From assembly GCA_013115145.1 (NCBI GenBank), contig JAAPAO010000097.1, positions 1-64,000 of the forward strand: DNA of 64,000 nucleotides. Reading direction: 5' to 3'. The notes under the pieces were generated by a model. It did not search any database and was not told where the DNA came from. It saw nothing but the letters and a program-made list of their open reading frames with translations. Position numbers and translations under genes: made by a program. This DNA is from Perkinsus chesapeaki ATCC PRA-425. Taxonomy: Eukaryota; Protista; Perkinsozoa. Below are positions 38,101-51,104 of the stretch, piece by piece (within the stretch, counting starts at the first letter, position 1; the number at the start of each line of letters is the position of its first letter).

Positions 38101-40200
38101 CTTAGCCGAAGGCTAACCTCAGTTTGTGTTAGCTAATAGGTCGATAAAATTATTCACAATTCCGGAAAACAGAGCCATTTATTAATATTCAGTGTTCCAC
38201 GAGGATGTTTATAATAATTACTATGGTAATTAATATTAATAACATGTCCCTAATAAGTACTATTTTAATTTATATTAATAACATGTCCCTAATAAGTACT
38301 ATTTTAATTTATAATAATAACATGTCCCTAATAAGTACTATGGTAATTTAGTTGCATTTTTCTGTGTTGGCGTGTTCCTCTACAACGCTATGCTGTTGTG
38401 AAGTGTGCCCCCTCTTCACCTTGCTTACCCTCTCTAGGAACCTGAAATCATCAGCGGGACAATCTCTCCTCTTCAGACTTCGACATGTTATCCATCTCGG
38501 GGCAATTCCAGCGACGCAGTAGGCGTCGTATCCAGCACCGATCAGGATGGAGCAAAGTACCTTGAAATAATTTGATAACAGGAGAATCCAGTGAAGTGTT
38601 TTCGATGGTATTCCCCACAATTTATCAGAACTTGCCAAAATTTGACACTATTTGGCCCTACTTGGGCACCAGTCGAGTCTACAGTTCATGGTAACAACCC
38701 TAAAAACGAGATACACAGTTCACACGAAGGGATAGATATGCAGTAGGAAGCAGCGTAATTTATCGATTGGGATTTAGTAAAACCGACGTAATTAATGAAG
38801 CCTAACTGGAGCACTATGGAAAGAATTAAGTCGCTTCGTTCAACTTCAATTCGCGCGGCTCATTTTCTCAACTATAAGAAACCTACACGAGGAAGGAGAA
38901 GCAGAACGAGTTTTTCCGGAAACTCGATTTCTCGCGCAATTCCTAAACCAGACCTTACCACACTTATATCGAAAGCATCACCGGCTTGATAAAAAAGCGT
39001 TGTAGAGGGAGAGCAAACAACTGTCGGGAATCTGAACGTAGATTCGATCGACTTTTTCATGCGCTACCTACGCCGCTGGATCCTTGAGGGGTTCATAAGC
39101 GATATAATTGGCAATGAACTTTGCACATGACTTAAGCTCGTTAAGTTCGGGGTAGCTCTGAGGGAAGAGAGCCAGTCGAAACGGGCAAACCAATGTAAAA
39201 TAAGGTCCAGGTTTACTTCTGTATGTGGTTCATAGATATCCGTGGAAGATAGGTTTTAAATGTCACCAACCGCACGACTCAATAAATAAGTTGCAAAACA
39301 TAGCAGATCAATCACATCACCGAGAAGCGCTCATGTTCATTTATCCTCCAAAAAACTCTGGCAGGGTTTTATTGCTCCTTGTAAAGACTTTGAAATTTCC
39401 ACAAGGCAAAGATCGAAGATATTTTAGTTGCACAATTGAAAAATTCTACAGAGTGCGGTACACCCTTACAGTCGCTCTTTCGATAGAAAATACTCGTGCG
39501 GTACAACGGAGGTCAGAAATCACTAGTTGTCCCCAGGAGTAGGCATAGGAATACTGCCCGTCCAAACACACAAGGCAGATTACCAAATATAAGTTATCTA
39601 CCGCCGGAAGCGAAAGCTTGGAGTTCCCGAATTGGGCGCTATGGGCATATATACGACCCTCCCCAATGAGATATAATATTTCGTTTTTTGAAAATTTCTC
39701 GTCCACAAGTTTCCCAGTACAGCGCACTGTGCAAGATATATACTCCAATCAGTAAAAAATATGTTATATAATATTATCAATTCTAACTCCGCACTGGGAA
39801 CGCCTCGTCATCTTCGAGGAGCATATTCGTGCGAGGCTAGATAACAAATTCCTACAACGAATCGCACATAAAGAGGAATCATTCTGTATGATGATTTTGA
39901 TGACACCGGCTCACACAGGAAACGATAACATACCAGCTTCAGCGGTCGGAGTGTAGTTGGCAAGAACTTGGGCACACCAATCTCGTTGGAAGGATACAAA
40001 TACAACTGTCGTTCTTCGCCGTACGTCTGGGAAAACCGCGCCTGGAAATCTCTGAACAGGAAAACACTCATCTGGGTTTTGGGTTTCGGGTTTCGGGTTT
40101 TCTGCTCCTACCGAGCGTGCTGGAGTAATCGTTCCTCCTGTTTAGAATTCGCTGCGTATGACTTCAAAAATGGCGGTATACCCAAGTCGGCCTGAAATCA
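29149..40200 (-). CDS. DRC7: Dynein regulatory complex subunit 7 (multi-exon)
   Basis: RQLYLYPSNEIGVPKFLPTTLRP, LCSILIGAGYDAYCVAG, CKNDFRKRLLDRAAIIQKRLEDE and AMFR|IQILEQRLARHE...DPRL match CCDC135/DRC7 segments; TGA at 29149-29151; further 5' exons may extend to about 41100. Confidence 0.9.
32219..32290 (+). tRNA. tRNA-Cys: tRNA-Cys(GCA), antisense within a DRC7 intron
   Basis: Full cloverleaf GGGTGTA/TACGCCC, D-arm GCTC, anticodon arm GCTGA-CTGCAGA-TCAGC, T-loop TTCAAAT. Confidence 0.95.
36938..37009 (+). tRNA. tRNA-Asp: tRNA-Asp(GTC), antisense within a 114-nt DRC7 intron
   Basis: TCCGCGG/CCGCGGA acceptor, anticodon loop CTGTCAC, T-arm CCGGG-TTCAATT-TCCGG. Confidence 0.93.
38220..38349. 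repeat. 39-bp tandem repeat, about three copies (DRC7 intron)
   Basis: taataacatgtccctaataagtactattttaatttatat at 38237, 38276 and 38315. Confidence 0.9.
40074..40101 (+). repeat. Telomere-like four-G-tract motif in a 60-nt DRC7 intron
   Basis: gggttttgggtttcgggtttcgggtttt within intron 40052-40111. Confidence 0.75.
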
Positions 40201-40315
40201 TCAAAATATACTTTTGTGCAAAAAAAAATTTCCCACCCAGAAATTCCCACTGCAAAAGTCGTTTTCAATTTCAAAGGATTCAATCAATTCTCAACAATCT
40301 CGCGAAAAATTCTAG

Positions 40316-40398
40316 TAGAAAATAATTATGATTTTTCCTGTAGAAAATAATCATGATTTTTCCTGTATAAAATAATCATGATTTTTCCCGTAGAAAAT
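40316..40398. repeat. 25-bp tandem repeat, about 3.3 copies
   Basis: tagaaaataatcatgatttttcctg units. Confidence 0.9.
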
Positions 40399-41933
40399 TT
40401 TCCTGGAAAATATCGGTGATTTAAGAATTATATTAAAATATGATATACCGTGCTGTATATTAGTAATTGATACTATTTCCGTGGTGTGAGTATGTATATT
40501 AGAATTGCGCCGAAGAGGCATCGTATCGCACCTGTCAGTGTCATGTCAGGTATTTATTTAGAGTATTATTTCATTCACAAATGAAATATAATTTATATAA
40601 TATCTACCGATCTAGATAATTTATATAATATAAATTATCATACACTGCAAAAGAACTCCTCGGGAGGGCAGCCACACCGAGATATTGGAGGCTCCAAGGT
40701 TCTCCATGAACGGATCTTCCCCTCGCAGGCTGGTAAAATGGGCCAAAAAATATCATACACTGCATACTCTGCAAACATTATAGAAAAATATATTATATTA
40801 ATTATATTACTAATATTATATGGGCCGTATATTAGCATTATTGGTACTTATAAATTATCTATGCATGCATCAGCAAACATTGCCAGCGAACTGTGAAAAA
40901 AGTTCTCAAGGGGAAAACGTACTCCCTTTAAGGGAGGCGATGAAGATTGATAGAAATGAAGCTAATACGTCTCTACAAGGATGCTCACTTTGGGAAGGAT
41001 AGCATCTGCATCCTCCAGCAGAGTTGAAAGTGATGAGGCTACTTTACTTGCAAACCTGAAAATGTAAATCTTGTGATCCAAATCTAATCGACGCTGTCAA
41101 TCTAGGCAAATCCTTTCACCGCAAACTAGCATAATTCCAACAAACATATTACTATTTTATTAGTCAACAATTCGAAGGAACAGATGAGAAGGTACGTGTT
41201 ATGAAGGGTGAGTAGGTGCCTAGTAGAGGCAGGATGAGATATATAACATATCTTATTGCGCAAACCAATGAATATAAGTTATATAGTGCAGATAGGGCGC
41301 ACAATAAATCAGCAAATTTGTCCGATTTTTTTTATCCGAAATTGCCTAACAGAGTTGGACGCTGATTTTTCAATACATTTTGAAAAGTCAAAATGCAATG
41401 TGTTCTTTTACCGTAGAAGCAATTTTACTAATAATTTAATATACTAATTAATTAATAGTATTAATTTAATACTAGCTAATATAATATATATACTAACTAT
41501 TTAATATTAATTTAATATAATATTGATAAATCATTTATCATAAATGGCTTCTTTTTTTACGTGATAAATAACGAATAAGAAGGAACTAGGGATATGCTAT
41601 AGGTCGGTTGCTATGGAAGAGCACTTCTCACACGTAAATGCAGATTATAACCGCTTAATTAATTTCAAGAACATATGCCTTATCATTTGATTTGCGAGAA
41701 TGGCGCGAATTGTTAAACTGTAATATTGTTGTCCGGTACAGAAAACGCTTTCATGAGAGAATTACAGTCATTAAATGACTTACCGTATTTGAAGGTTTAC
41801 ATTTTGTAAAAGCTAATGGAATATAAATATGAATAGTTTTAATTGAACATATATAATATATATTATCATCATCTATATCTTATTATTGAATATTCATGAT
41901 TTCTACTTTCATCGGACTGTTAGCCGTCCACTC

Positions 41934-44900
41934 TTACCTTCGGCATCGGACTTCTTTCTGAGATGCACAATTTCCACTGTCATCACTTGTATTGTTAGCT
42001 GTCGGAACTTCTTCGATTTTGTCTCGGGAATTTCCACCGTCTACATTTTCTTCACTTTTTTGAATCTCTGTTAATTCGCCGGGTTCCATTATGAAAACAC
42101 TCAAGAGCGGTTTTGCCACTCAAGGTAGTGAATTCAGCAAGCCTACTCAAGTACGACGAAGTAAGTCTACTCGATGAGTCTGATGTTGAAGAAGTGATGT
42201 AGGGAAACACACGAGTGACGCCATAACTGTGGCGGTAGTAGTAGCGCTGAACCTGGATACGAAGGACTTTTTTTAATACGCAAATCATTTTTTCTATCGC
42301 TAAGTTCCGTAAGATAGAAGGCATGCAGCCCAACTGGCGGAGCTTCTATTAACGAACTCAAAACCAACATATACGAAAATCGCACAGGTTCGATTCCTGA
42401 TACTCAAATCATGCCCCCAGCGGTCTTGGCAGCCCACACTGTTTCCTATTGCACCGAGTTCGATGAGCATAGTTCAAATTGGAGCAAGCCGGACATCTAA
42501 AAATGGAAGCAACTAACCCTCGTCGACCGACATAGCTCTTACACCCAATTGCCAGCACCAGTGTCACGAGTACTTCGAGTGTTCGGAGCATGCGCTTTCG
42601 CTTCAACCTGAATCGTGCACACCATCCAAGCAGGCTGTGATAAGCTTACTCTCTAGTCAGTACTAGCACCACAACTCCTACATACGAGAATTCCCTGGGG
42701 AGCCCTCAAACTGGCACCTAGTCCTATCAGCTACAGTACGCGTAATCTAGAGAGGTCTGAGCAGTTTCGACCTCTCTAGATTGCAGCGAACTGTACAGTG
42801 CTAGGTATTTTTCCTTGCCGTGTAAGTCCGTGGAGTATTTAAATGATATATCTATGTTAGGAGAATTCCCATGTCAAATCTCAGGTTAATATGAGGAGCA
42901 GCAGCAGCAGTTAACAAGTTCCACACGAAATCGGTTCTTTAGATTGCGCGTACTGTGAATAAGCGACCGGGTCCCCTGGCCTGTGTGAATCTACTCACCT
43001 CTTCTCGCTGGCGTCCGCAACCTTTACCATTACACCTATCCCGACTGGGATAGTTCACATTACCACATACAGAGCAACGCCAGTTGCCATTTTCACCTAA
43101 ATTTGCAACATCTTTAGTTCCATTCGGTGGTTTCAAGTCCTACCAGCCCGAGGCGGCCCGCTGTTTCTCGGTGTCCGAGAACCCAATTGCTCACCGGACA
43201 GGTTGGCCACCTGAAATGTTGAAATTGTTGCAAATCGGAATGTTTTCTTAACGTTTCTGCGCCAAACCACTGGCCCCTAGGATCAACTCGATTCCATGCA
43301 GGCTGGAATGCGATTAGACACATGAAGGTAAGAACTGATATCATGTTAATCCTTAGATATTCGGGTTAAGAGCAGCATCTAGAGTGCCTAGGAGGGAATT
43401 ACCACTGGGGATGGGGAATTCAAGTAAAAGCGTAAACTCTTCGGAAATGGGAGTTCTCAGTTAGTTTTTCCCACCGTATAGCCCCGATACACACAATCGC
43501 GCAAGTGAAACTGGTCTGAGGCCGTACGGTTAGTAAATTCTTCCAGATTGATCGACTTTATTCAATCAAAGATCTCGAAAGCGAGAGCTTCACTGATCTC
43601 TCTCCCCCACGAAGAGATTCTCTTCACACTATATAAACATGTTTTATTTTGTGAACGGAATAATTCGAATCACATACATTATCGGTCCGTGGTCTGCCGC
43701 ATCTTCTATTATTGCATCTGGTTCGATTTGGGTAATTATCATTCCCACAAGCGGGACAGGTCCAATTGTCTGAGGGACCACCGCCACCTGGGGATGCTCC
43801 TGATAACAGCAGAGATCTCTCAGAAGGTCTGCAAAATCACTAACCCTTACGGAAGTTGCCTTCAAAGAATGATTGCCCATGAGAGGGCGTCTGGTCACCC
43901 TGAATCAGGCTAATAAATCAGCGAAACTGATAATTTATTAGTAATAAATCAGTGAAGATATTTTTCGAAATTTTCTACAGGTTGTAGCAGACGAAGAATT
44001 CTTGCTGCTGGAAGTCTCTCAGTCGGAAATACAAGAAAAGTTTAGCTGGAACTTCTTTTATTGAGTTGTGCTCACTTCATCTCTTGGCCTTCCACACTCT
44101 TTCCTGTTACAGACCGTTCGATCAGGATAATTAATGTTGTTGCACCATCGGCATGTCCAGTTACCACCTGATATTTCCGAATCAAGATTCGTAAAAATCG
44201 AAGAGTGAATTTTTGGTTTGGTGATATTACCATCCCCGGGACTGTCATTGACAGGTCCCTTGAAAGGCAGTATCACATACAGGATACCCCCGAAAAAGGC
44301 TGATTCGATCGACAACTCTACAGTGCTATGGTATATGAACACGAAAATATGATGTACAAAGAAGACATGTATAGTAGGAACTTCATCAGAGTTTGATTCT
44401 GTAGTTGACTCCATAGTTCGGAGAGAGTTCCGCGATTAGGACGGAACAAGGCTTCAACAAGCGGCGTCATCCAACAAGCTTGTTTAGAGGCAATTGTTGC
44501 TACGAAAAGAATGCCTCATGAGGAACTCAACGGAACAGCGTATAATGCAGGTGTCGGTCGCATTAAGCCTTCAAGCCACGTAGATCAGTCTCAAGCCAAG
44601 CAACCGCCACTGATTCGGAATCAGTGATTCCTCCGCGTTCAACCCCGTCGGCCTACCAACCAAACCGAGGGACGAAGCCTCAAAAGCTCTAAGGCTTCGG
44701 TAGCAGTACACCGTTCGGTCCATAGAACCAGCGGTCGCGATCCAACAGATTTGTGAAAAACAACAAATTCGAGAGATGTGTTCCTCGAACAGACCCCGAA
44801 TCCCGGATCAAGTTGCTACATCTCTCAGGAATGTAGCAACTTGCTACGTTAAAAATGATCTGAACGTGCATCAGCGATGATTTACATCAGCGCATTATTC

Positions 44901-47251
44901 TTCCAGCGGACTGAGCGGCTGGTGCAGTGAGTAGCACAGCAACGGGGTGTTACCATATCATACGCAAGAGCCTATTAGAAGCCAATGTATAGCCCCGAAT
45001 AGTAGTAGTGCCAGAGTAACACGCGTCACATGACTGCCCACAAACACAGCAAATTGGGCAGCTTCTAGTTCTTGCCGCGCCTCTTTACGGGCGACGAAGT
45101 AGGATACAGTGGACGGCCGATATGACGTATAATATACCGTTGTGCAGTATAGCGGGAGCTTTTAAAACTGGCTTTATTCCTCAGATGAGAGCGAAACATT
45201 CAGATGGAATTTCTTTTGCCAAATACAACAAACTTACCAACAGGCAGTGGTGCGCGATTGTGTACTCGGTGTTGATAAGGGTGCGATGGTCCGCCAGAAT
45301 TGAACGTGTCCGCATCCAAAGAGAAAAAGGATTTCCCTGAGAAGAAGGTTGCCATGAAATGCAACCTGACAGGGTCTCACCTTCTTGTACTTCGATTGGA
45401 GACCAGCACGGCATCTTTTGGGAATCTTCAGTGTGAGGGAATATCTTAGGTCGATGATGGTGAGAACTGAAGTTAAAGATATCCAAGTAGGCTTAGAACA
45501 CAGAAGTATCTTAGTTACGTTAGAGTGCTACTAAAAACAGAAATTGCCCGCGCTGTAGCTGCTTCACCTATTCGAGGATTAGAACTACCGTAGAGAACTC
45601 TTGTAAATACTATCGTAAGCTAGAATAGTTCATCAAGTTCATCAGTTCATACCAGTTCATCAATCAATAGTTATAACAGACTCCGAATCTCCTAATTTGT
45701 TCCCCGGCTCATACCTTTGGTGAGAGGAAGGGAAATAGGAATTGCTCCTGTCTTGGCAACTTACATCAGGTCGAACACCCTGAAAAACGAAATCAGAAAC
45801 TAGCAGTGTACCAAAAAATCCTTAGAGGAAAATTCGCCGATTTATTGCTCAATTCGTGCGCCGACCGTCGAAATTATAACGCCAAGCTAACACGGAATAT
45901 GACACGCCCGATGCTGTCCAAAACCGATGAAATATTAATAGGTCTTCACTACGAAATCGGAGACCCAAGTTCACCTTGCTTGACAAAATTCCAGTCCATT
46001 CGACACAGTATTGGCCGTTATCTACAAATACCCGCTCTTTAACTTTCGACGAGCTCGCCAGACCGAGCCATGAAGTTTTCTAGCCGATTGGAGAACTAAG
46101 TGCAATCTTCAATGCTGGGAAAATCAAGGGTAATCTGGTGAGTTTTCGAAATAATTTCTTTCCCTTTGAAAACGTATACAATGTATACATATTGTAAAAC
46201 GTATACATGTTGTACGCAATATGTCTGGCTGTTACATGGCAAAAATTGAAAGGAAAATTCCTCGGGAAATTAATCATCATAGACTGGTAATTCGCGAAGG
46301 TATCCGGAAGAATATATAGAGTAATTACAATTTCAGTAACTGGGATTTTTAAGCGAACGCCAGTTTCCTCCGCCCGCCAAAGCTGTTTCATTCCGACCAG
46401 CAACTTACTGAGCACGATTTAAAATAACATACTTCTCGATGAGGGAAATTAAATCCTCCACACTGGGGACATGACCAGGAACCCTCTTGGGGGGACTTAC
46501 CTTCGATGGCGGTTGAGACTGAATACAGATAAGGTAGTAAAGAGATTATTTTTGAGATGTCACATCTGTAATGGGAAGCTTGTCTCAAACCACTAAGGCG
46601 CGAGAGCCCGCCACACTTATAGTATCAACGAAATATTGGTTCTTCATTTCTTCTAGCCAGTGGTGGATTCGAGATGCCCATTTCCCAATATATAATATTA
46701 TAATGATTCACATTAGAGCTTAGAAAATTGGTGTGTGCGAAATGCCAAGTGACAAAAGCAGAAGACCACTTAGATTTTGAAAGTCAATTTCAAATTCGGA
46801 GCTCGACCCTGCCATCGCAGCAGAGCTCAAACTGTCCCATTGGGTAGCTTAAAGATATTTTAGCAATCACATTTTACGAAGATTCCCCTTCAAAATCACA
46901 TATGAATTTTTTAATCATACTACTCACCGTAAAAATTATGGAAATTATTTTTATAATTTAATTTTCCCCAGAGTCGACTTACCATCAGAATTCCTTCCGC
47001 GAATAGGTCCAATTTGAGTATTCAAAACAGTCGGCATAATTAATGAGATTCAATTCACATTCAAAATCAAAATATCTTGGGCGGAAACAATACTTTGAAA
47101 AATGCCATTACTGGGATTCGAACCCGGGTATCTGCGGAATCGCTCTGTTTCCACATTCGAACATTCATATTCAATAAATGACTTTTTCTGACGGTTTTAA
47201 TATCCATGGTGCCTTTCTAGGGAGTAATGGTATGGAAATACGCAATACCAT
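41934..47251 (-). CDS. Multi RanBP2-type zinc-finger protein, probably RNA-binding (multi-exon)
   Basis: Five W/F-x-C-x2-C-x3-N-x6-C-x4-C fingers: WSCPQCGGFNF, WTCRWCNNINY, WTCPACGNDNY, WRCSVCGNVNY and FRCPACSNLNY. Both ends approximate. Confidence 0.8.
42375..42408 (+). repeat. Weak tRNA T-arm-like element in a zinc-finger gene intron
   Basis: CAGG TTCGATT CCTG hairpin; no oligo-T tail. Confidence 0.4.
47098..47137 (-). repeat. tRNA-His-like 3' half with TTTTT, in a putative first intron
   Basis: CGCAG ATAC CCGGG TTCGAAT CCCAG TAATGGC A TTTTT. Confidence 0.7.
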
Positions 47252-47514
47252 TCTCAAAATGCTCAAAGTAAGCTGAAAAAATAAAATTTTACAAGTGCGC
47301 ATTTAGCAACCGTTTGGCTGTTTTCCCTTTACAAGTGAATTGTGGCTTGTTACTATTCACAATTCGGTCGCCATTTATTATTTTCATACATACTGATCGC
47401 TCAGCGACTGTCAGTTTCGGATCGAAAATTAACCTTCTTATATTGAGCAGTTGCTATCTTGGCATTCGAGCGTGTTCTTGCACTTATATTGGGATCTAGG
47501 ACAAGACCCCTCTG

Positions 47515-50417
47515 ATGAATGATCCATTTACCAATGTCAGGAAACGCCTGGTGGAGCTGCTGGAAGGGAACTGTTTTCGTTCTTCGATGGTATCGAACAT
47601 GAGAATTGGATGTTGAAGTAGGCCAGCTTCACCTAATTGCAAGTTAGTGCCTTTTTAGGGCCAAACTGGAACGATTGTCGAGCTCTGGAGAGGGGCTCGT
47701 GAACTCGTTGAAAGACGCCGAGGAGCGAGCAAGTGAGCAGGAAGAGTTGGAATTTTTTCGACCTTCCTCAGCGGAGGTTTAATTCTCTTTACGATTTTCT
47801 CTAAAAATCTTAACTTGTCGATCTTCCTCTTTTCGATTTTTTGAACGAATCACTTAGCGGAAGAATCAACTGTTTGATTTTTTCCATTCAAAAATGTCCA
47901 GTTCCAATAATGTTCTCAAAACGTTGAAGAAAAATGTCCAATGCGTCCAAGAATCTTTGCGCTCCCGTCAGACAGCCTGCAAAGTCAACTTGAAAAGATA
48001 GTAAATAAAGAATTGGAAACCATCGAAACGCAGACGGAGCCTTTGAAGCGGCGCGGAAGTGAGATAGAAGCGATACTGAAGGAGCGGATAGAAGGGATAG
48101 AGGGACAGTTGGCAGAGGAAAGGGAAAAGTAATAAAAAGGGAAACATCCTAGAATAAAAATTGATTAAATAAATTTTCATAAGAAATGAAAAAATCACTA
48201 TTCATTTTTTAATTATATATTATTTCTCCATAATTTTGATAAGCGTTACTTGTTTAGAGCGGTGAGGCTGACGGATGAAATTGAAAGGTTGCAGAAGGAA
48301 TTGAAAAGTGCGGTGAGTCCTGGGTCATGGGGATGTGGCCGTGGGGTTGGGGGAAGGAATAAACGATATGACAAAGAATGATTGATGAACGTATTTATAA
48401 GAAACGGCTGAGAACTTTTCACGGCCTCAGATGAGTTCAAGACTAAAGACTTTTTCAATAGAAGTTCACAGTCATGCTCGGAGGTATATTCCGTGCGAGC
48501 AACGATGAACTAAGATTGAGAATATCAGGTTTACTTTGTGTAAAAAAAACAAGTATTGTTCAACTTTGATCACCCTATCGCCCTGAAATAGTCTCTCAAT
48601 TGAGCAACAGGCAGTACGGCGTGATGCAGACATTGCCAATGTCCATCAATGAGGAGCTTTTCTAGATGATTATTATTGGGCTCCTCCGTGATGGACGAGC
48701 CCACTAGTAATCCTCCACGGACGGTCGTCCATCAAGCTTCGTCTTTGTAGCCCTTCATGGCTCTGCGTGTTGAAGCGCACGCATGCTTTCTTTCTTGGGC
48801 CTTTTTCTTGGTAGGGCCGTAGGTGTACACGAGGTAAAGGTGTTTATCACGTATTGAGAAACTGCTATGAGAAGGAGTGAATTTAATGACTCTTGTAGCT
48901 CTGGCCGTATGCCTCTGGTGACGTATTCTTTTGAAAAAATATCAATTTTATCTCCGCGCTAGAAATATTTCCTTTCCGAGGGTAGATGAATCCTTGTGGA
49001 ACACAATTGCTGTCCCTTTATTGATTGCACGCTGCAGGCTTCGGAGCGTCGGGAGCAAAAGTCAGCGGCGGAACTGAACAAGGAACTCGCGAAGGCCCAG
49101 CAGGGAGCGGACGAACTGCGCAGGAGAATAGGGAGAATGGAAAGAACGATTGAAGAGGAAAAAGAGAAAGCGAAACGAATGGAAGAAGAATATCGAACGA
49201 TGGTGGAGGGAATGCGGGGAGAAATTGAGAAGGCGAGTGGGAGGATGAGGGAACTTGAAGAAGAGAATCATTTTAACACGCGTTTGATAGAAGACTTTAG
49301 AAGGCAGAACGGCGGGGCCGCGGTTGAGGCGGAGGAGGCGCGGAGAGCTGCGATCAGCTTGCAGGAGGAAAATGCTGGGTTGAGCGAGCAGCTTGAAATG
49401 GTTAAAAGAGAGCTCGAAGAGGAACGAGGGTTTAGGAGTAGAGTTGCAGAACTGGAGAGGGAGGCGGAGGAATCTTTGCGGAGGGAAGCGGAAATGGGAA
49501 GGAGAGTGGAGGAAGTGGAGGAGAGGTTGAGGGAAAGGGAGGAGGAAAATGCGAGGTTGAAGAGTGCATTTGATGATTTGAAAGATACTTCGAAGGTAGG
49601 GGAGGAAAACTGGGACAGAGTTGTACAACTGATGGAAGAGAATGACAAGCTTGAAGCTGAACTTGCGAAAGTCCGTTCGGATTTGATTGTAGCTGTGGAA
49701 GCTTCGGCGAGCCAGGAGGAACTCGAAACGCCCGAGGTGGCCGAGACTCGACCTGTGATGGTGGATAAGACTGTACAGGCAGCTTTCAGCGAAAAGCTTG
49801 TCACTGCGCCACGAAATGGAGAGACACGGGAGGCAGTTACGGCAGATAAAGCAACGACGCGGCAGGTGAGAGAGGATGTCAGTAGAGTTGGCAAGACGCC
49901 GAGTACGGTAGCGGAGACTCGAGGTGAGGCATCTCGAAGAATGTCAACACGAAGGACATCAACGAGGTCGTGCGAAGAGGAAGCTCGTCGAGAGCTGGCG
50001 AATGCACAGGCGCAAATAAGAAATTATAAGTATGAAGTTGAGCGGCTCACTGCGGCTCTGGAGCATTTGGAGGAGGCGGTTCGGAGCGGGAAAACGGAGA
50101 AGATTCGATTGGGCAGATTTGTGTCGCCTCGCACGAGAGGTGCGTCGAATGTGTGGATGAGACTTTACCTGGACGCAAGGGAGCGAGAGGAGCGACGCCT
50201 CGTCAGCCAGAAGGAATCCCGAGAGCAATTCTCGGAATGGTGGTTCCTATCGCACCACAGTTCAGATGAGGATTCGGACGGCTACATGTCCGAGTGGAGC
50301 CGAGGGGCTGCTGCTGGGCTGGCAGAAGGGTGGGTGACGAGGAACTACGGGGATAACGGGTTTGCTGGTCAGGTCGCCTCGTGGACGAAAGATGCGGAAA
50401 AACCGCACGAAGTTTAG
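47515..50417 (+). CDS. Glu/Arg-rich coiled-coil protein (multi-exon)
   Basis: Large final exon (about 49038-50417) of heptad-like E/R/K sequence plus smaller upstream coiled-coil exons; start approximate. Confidence 0.75.
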
Positions 50418-51031
50418 GAGTCGTTTGAAGGTGAGTGACTCGCTGATTTCTGTTGAGTCATTCCTCTCCACTAGTCGCCTCGATCTCCAAAAGTTGTGCG
50501 GCCACCGAGCCTGCCGGATGCGAGCACTTGCGGGGAGCGGAGCCTGAGACACATACTAGAGAGCTTGCAGTCCTCGACGAGCGTGTTTGAGCCTTTGGAT
50601 TCGTGAGAGAGCGGAGAGTGAATCGGTCGAATTTGAGTTGCCTTTTCAGGTTCATTTTAACACCGATGAACCGCGGGGTTCAGGAAGATTGCAAAAGATT
50701 CCCCGAGCGTTGTCCAGGGAGATGACATTATATCTCATGCTGTCATACCATTTATCAATATGTTGTTATCGCTGTTATATAAGCTGGTATTGAGTTAGCT
50801 CACTCGAAGGTGATTTCGGAATAAATTACACAACTGCCTCGGGGCTCCGTTAGGAATCAACGTTGCAAACTTTTTGGAAATATTTTAATTTAGGGTACAT
50901 AGAGGTTGATCAGAATAAATTTCGCCAAGGAAAGTGCATCCGAACCTCCGCGGAACTATTTCTGCATAGGGTATGTATAAGCTTGCCAAATATGTACACC
51001 CCAAGACTTTCTAGAGTCCAATGATGAAATA

Positions 51032-51104
51032 TGCGGCCTGCGAGGATCGAACTCGCGACCTTAGGATTATGAGACCTACGCGCTACCTACTGCGCCAAAG
51101 CCGC
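51032..51104 (-). tRNA. tRNA-Met: tRNA-Met(CAT), elongator type
   Basis: GCGGCTT acceptor, anticodon arm TAGGT-CTCATAA-TCCTA (U31-U39 apposition typical of eukaryotic elongator Met), T-loop TTCGATC. Confidence 0.95.

Noticed and set aside
49062-50228. Long minus-strand ORFs
   Set aside because: Shadows of the purine-rich coiled-coil exon.
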